A DNA stretch of 40,339 nucleotides from an uncultured Burkholderiaceae bacterium (GTDB lineage Bacteria; Pseudomonadota; Gammaproteobacteria; Burkholderiales; Burkholderiaceae_F): positions 1-40,339 of the forward strand of contig CALGWX010000308.1 of NCBI GenBank assembly GCA_937936215.1, read 5' to 3'. Below the pieces are notes generated by a model. It saw only the letters and a program-made list of their open reading frames with translations, did no database searches and had not been told where the DNA came from. Made by a program: the position numbers and the translations under genes. Shown piece by piece: positions 37,945 to 40,339 of this stretch. The stretch's first letter is position 1, and the number at the start of each line of letters is the position of its first letter.

Positions 37945-39871
37945 GCTGGTCCGGGCCAGGCGCCGCGGCCTTGAAACGCCGCTTCAGGTGCACCAGCAGC
38001 AGCGAGATCGCCGCCGGCGTCACGCCCGAGATGCGCGCGGCCTGTCCGATCGTCTCCGGGCGCACCGCCGACAGCTTCTGCCGCACTTCGATCGACAGCC
38101 CCGTGACTTCCGCGTAGTCGAGGGTGGGCGGGATCCGGGTCGACTCGTGCGCCTCGTGCCGCGCCACTTCGTCGCGCTGCCGCGCGATATAGCCGGCGTA
38201 CTTGGTCGCGATCTCGACCTGCTCGGCCGCCTGCGGCTCGTCGGCTCCCATCGCCGGCGGCCCGCCAATTGGGCCGCCATCGGCCCCGCGCAGGGTAAGC
38301 AGTTTCCCGTACGAAACCTCGGGCCGCTTGAGTAAGTCGGCAAGCGTGTACTCACGTTCAAGAGGCTTGCCGAGCACGCGGACTGCCTCGTCGGCATCCA
38401 CCAGACGCGGATTGACCCAAGTGGAGCGCAGCCGCTGCAACTCGCGCTCGACCGCCTCGCGCTTGCGGCAGAACGCGGCCCAACGCAGGTCGTCGACGCA
38501 ACCCAGTTCGCGCCCGATCTCGGTGAGCCGCATGTCGGCGTTGTCCTCGCGCAGGCTCAGACGGTACTCGGCGCGGCTGGTGAACATCCGGTACGGCTCG
38601 GCCACGCCGCGGGTGATTAGATCGTCGACGAGCACGCCGAGGTAGGCCTGGTCTCGCCGCGGCGACCAAGGCTCGCGGCCTTTCACCTGCAGTGCCGCGT
38701 TGATGCCGGCGAGCAGACCTTGCGCGGCCGCCTCCTCGTAGCCGGTGGTGCCGTTGACCTGGCCGGCGAAGAAAAGACCATCGATGGCCTTGGTTTCGAG
38801 CGAGCGCTTCAGCCCGCGCGGGTCGAAGTAGTCATACTCGATCGCATAGCCGGGGCGAAGGATGTGGGCATTTTCCAGGCCGGGCAGCGAGCGGACGATC
38901 TCGAGCTGGACGTCGAACGGCAGGCTGGTCGAGATGCCGTTCGGGTAGAACTCGTTCGTCGTCAGGCCCTCGGGTTCGAGGAAGATCTGGTGGCTCGCCC
39001 TGTCGGCGAAGCGATGCACTTTGTCCTCGATCGACGGGCAGTAGCGCGGCCCCACCCCCTCGATCCGCCCGGAAAACAGGGGCGAGCGGTCGAGGTTGTT
39101 GCGGATCGCTGCGTGCGTGCGCTCGTTGGTGTGGGTGATCCAGCACGACACCTGCCGCGGATGCTGCTCCGGGCGGCCGAGAAAGGAAAACACAGGCACC
39201 GGGTCGAGATCCCCCGGCTGCTCTTCGCAGCGGCTGAAGTCGATCGTCCGGCCGTCGATCCGCGGCGGCGTGCCCGTCTTCAGCCGGCCCTGCGGCAGCT
39301 TCAGTTCGCGCAGCCGCGCCGCCAGCGAGATCGAAGGGGGATCGCCGGCGCGGCCGGCCGAATGGCTGGTCAGGCCGATGTGGATCAGGCCGTTGAGGAA
39401 GGTGCCGGCCGTCAGCACCACCGCACGGCCGCGGAAACGGATGCCGGTCTGCGTCACCGCGCCCGCGACCCGGTTGCCTTCGAGAATCAGGTCATCGACG
39501 GGCTGCTGGAACAGGTGCAGGTTCGGCTGGTTCTCGAGCCGCCGGCGGATCGCCTGCCGGTACAGCACCCGGTCGGCTTGGGCGCGGGTGGCGCGAACCG
39601 CTGGACCCTTGGAGCTGTTGAGGATCCGGAACTGGATGCCGGCCTCATCGGCCGCCGCCGCCATGGCGCCGCCGAGCGCGTCGATTTCCTTGACCAGGTG
39701 CCCCTTGCCGATGCCGCCGATCGACGGGTTGCACGACATCTGGCCGAGCGTTTCGATGCTGTGCGTCAACAACAGCGTCGAGGCCCCCATGCGCGCCGCC
39801 GCTAGCGCGGCCTCGGTGCCCGCGTGGCCGCCGCCGATGACGATGACATCGAATTGCGTGGGATAGAGCAT
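37934..39871 (-). CDS. mnmG: tRNA uridine 5-carboxymethylaminomethyl modification enzyme MnmG (GidA)
   Basis: 645 aa. [29 protein letters not shown], the FAD motif and canonical N-terminus. Confidence 0.97.
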   Translation of the reverse strand: MLYPTQFDVIVIGGGHAGTEAALAAARMGASTLLLTHSIETLGQMSCNPSIGGIGKGHLVKEIDALGGAMAAAADEAGIQFRILNSSKGPAVRATRAQADRVLYRQAIRRRLENQPNLHLFQQPVDDLILEGNRVAGAVTQTGIRFRGRAVVLTAGTFLNGLIHIGLTSHSAGRAGDPPSISLAARLRELKLPQGRLKTGTPPRIDGRTIDFSRCEEQPGDLDPVPVFSFLGRPEQHPRQVSCWITHTNERTHAAIRNNLDRSPLFSGRIEGVGPRYCPSIEDKVHRFADRASHQIFLEPEGLTTNEFYPNGISTSLPFDVQLEIVRSLPGLENAHILRPGYAIEYDYFDPRGLKRSLETKAIDGLFFAGQVNGTTGYEEAAAQGLLAGINAALQVKGREPWSPRRDQAYLGVLVDDLITRGVAEPYRMFTSRAEYRLSLREDNADMRLTEIGRELGCVDDLRWAAFCRKREAVERELQRLRSTWVNPRLVDADEAVRVLGKPLEREYTLADLLKRPEVSYGKLLTLRGADGGPIGGPPAMGADEPQAAEQVEIATKYAGYIARQRDEVARHEAHESTRIPPTLDYAEVTGLSIEVRQKLSAVRPETIGQAARISGVTPAAISLLLVHLKRRFKAAAPGPDQLAA

Positions 39872-39959
39872 CTCGGGGCGAGCCGCGCCGGTCGAATCGG
39901 GCGCGGATTATAGGAACCGTCAATGGCCGGCCGACGATTGACCGGCGCTGGCAGCGAAA

Positions 39960-39975
39960 TGTTTCACGTGGAACG
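39960..39975. promoter_or_regulatory. parS-like ParB binding site (14/16 to consensus)
   Basis: TGTTTCACGTGGAACG compared with the chromosomal parS consensus TGTTTCACGTGAAACA. Confidence 0.6.
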
Positions 39976-39986
39976 AGACCACGGCG

Positions 39987-40002
39987 TGTTTCACGTGAAA
40001 CC
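39987..40002. promoter_or_regulatory. parS ParB binding site (15/16 to consensus)
   Basis: TGTTTCACGTGAAACC compared with TGTTTCACGTGAAACA. It lies 116 nt upstream of mnmG. Confidence 0.8.
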
Positions 40003-40026
40003 ACGGCGCCGGCGGGGCGGCCGCGG

Positions 40027-40339
40027 CTATTGAAAGGTAGGCGCTGTCAGCGTGCCGCCGAGCCGGATCTGGACCGAAGCCGCTCCGCGCGGCGCGATCA
40101 CTTCGGGACGCAGGCTGCCTGCCAGCCGTAGCCCCCGATCGACCTCGAAGCTGCCCTGTACCCGCAAGCTGCCGGCGCGACCCGAAAGGCTGGGCGCGGC
40201 AAGCCCATCCGCGGACACGACGACCTCGGATTCCAGGTCACTGAACCGTGTGACCCCACCCGCGCTGGCCAACTCGCCCTGGGTAACGGCCAAGCCGAGA
40301 TTCAGCCCGTGAAGCGCCGCCCCGGACACCGACACCGGT
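40027..40339 (-). CDS. C-terminal fragment of an unidentified protein, possibly a large AsmA/TamB-like envelope protein (5' end outside the window)
   Basis: The frame is open to the window edge and ends at TAG 40027-40029. The tail ...VQIRLGGTLTAPTFQ resembles the G-T-L-x-x-P endings of AsmA-family repeats. The assignment is weak. Confidence 0.3.
   Translation of the reverse strand, partial: PVSVSGAALHGLNLGLAVTQGELASAGGVTRFSDLESEVVVSADGLAAPSLSGRAGSLRVQGSFEVDRGLRLAGSLRPEVIAPRGAASVQIRLGGTLTAPTFQ

Noticed and set aside
39645-40004. A 119-aa minus-strand ORF beginning MVSRETRRGLVPRETF.
   Set aside because: Its start is simply the translation of the two parS palindromes, and the remainder overlaps the mnmG 5' end in another frame.

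Overview
High-GC, betaproteobacterium-like core chromosome with an origin-proximal character. There are no rRNA genes, CRISPR arrays, prophage or recognisable defence genes. Left to right: the right end of an IS66-family element (1-212) and an orphan FimT/GspH-like pseudopilin; a sodium:solute symporter and a TPMT-like methyltransferase. Next is a minus-strand ubiquinone cluster (DUF971, ubiE, Tim44-like, ubiJ, ubiB), followed by a type IV pilus minor-pilin operon (fimU-pilV-pilW-pilX-pilY1-pilE) with a divergent fimT. Then come tRNA-Arg(CCG), a membrane-anchored three-haem cytochrome c, an orphan PEP-CTERM protein gene behind a near-perfect sigma-54 promoter, and a COG4315 / ECF sigma / anti-sigma module. 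The right half holds priA, hemE, DUF167, a small Lys/Glu-repeat secreted protein, a TonB-C-like lipoprotein, a Usp protein, the complete atpIBEFHAGDC operon, parB and parA, a CMD-family protein, blc, rsmG, mnmG, two parS sites and a partial gene at the edge. I did not find a convincing new multi-gene system. The observations most worth follow-up are: a cluster of four DnaA boxes in the AT-richer hemE-priA spacer; a 311-bp spacer splitting parA from parB; the sigma-54 promoter; the uncharacterised Tim44-like gene inside the ubi operon, with a duplicated 3' end and a terminator behind it; and degenerate metal-binding motifs in PilY1. All calls come from reading the sequence and from recalled family motifs. 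No searches were run.
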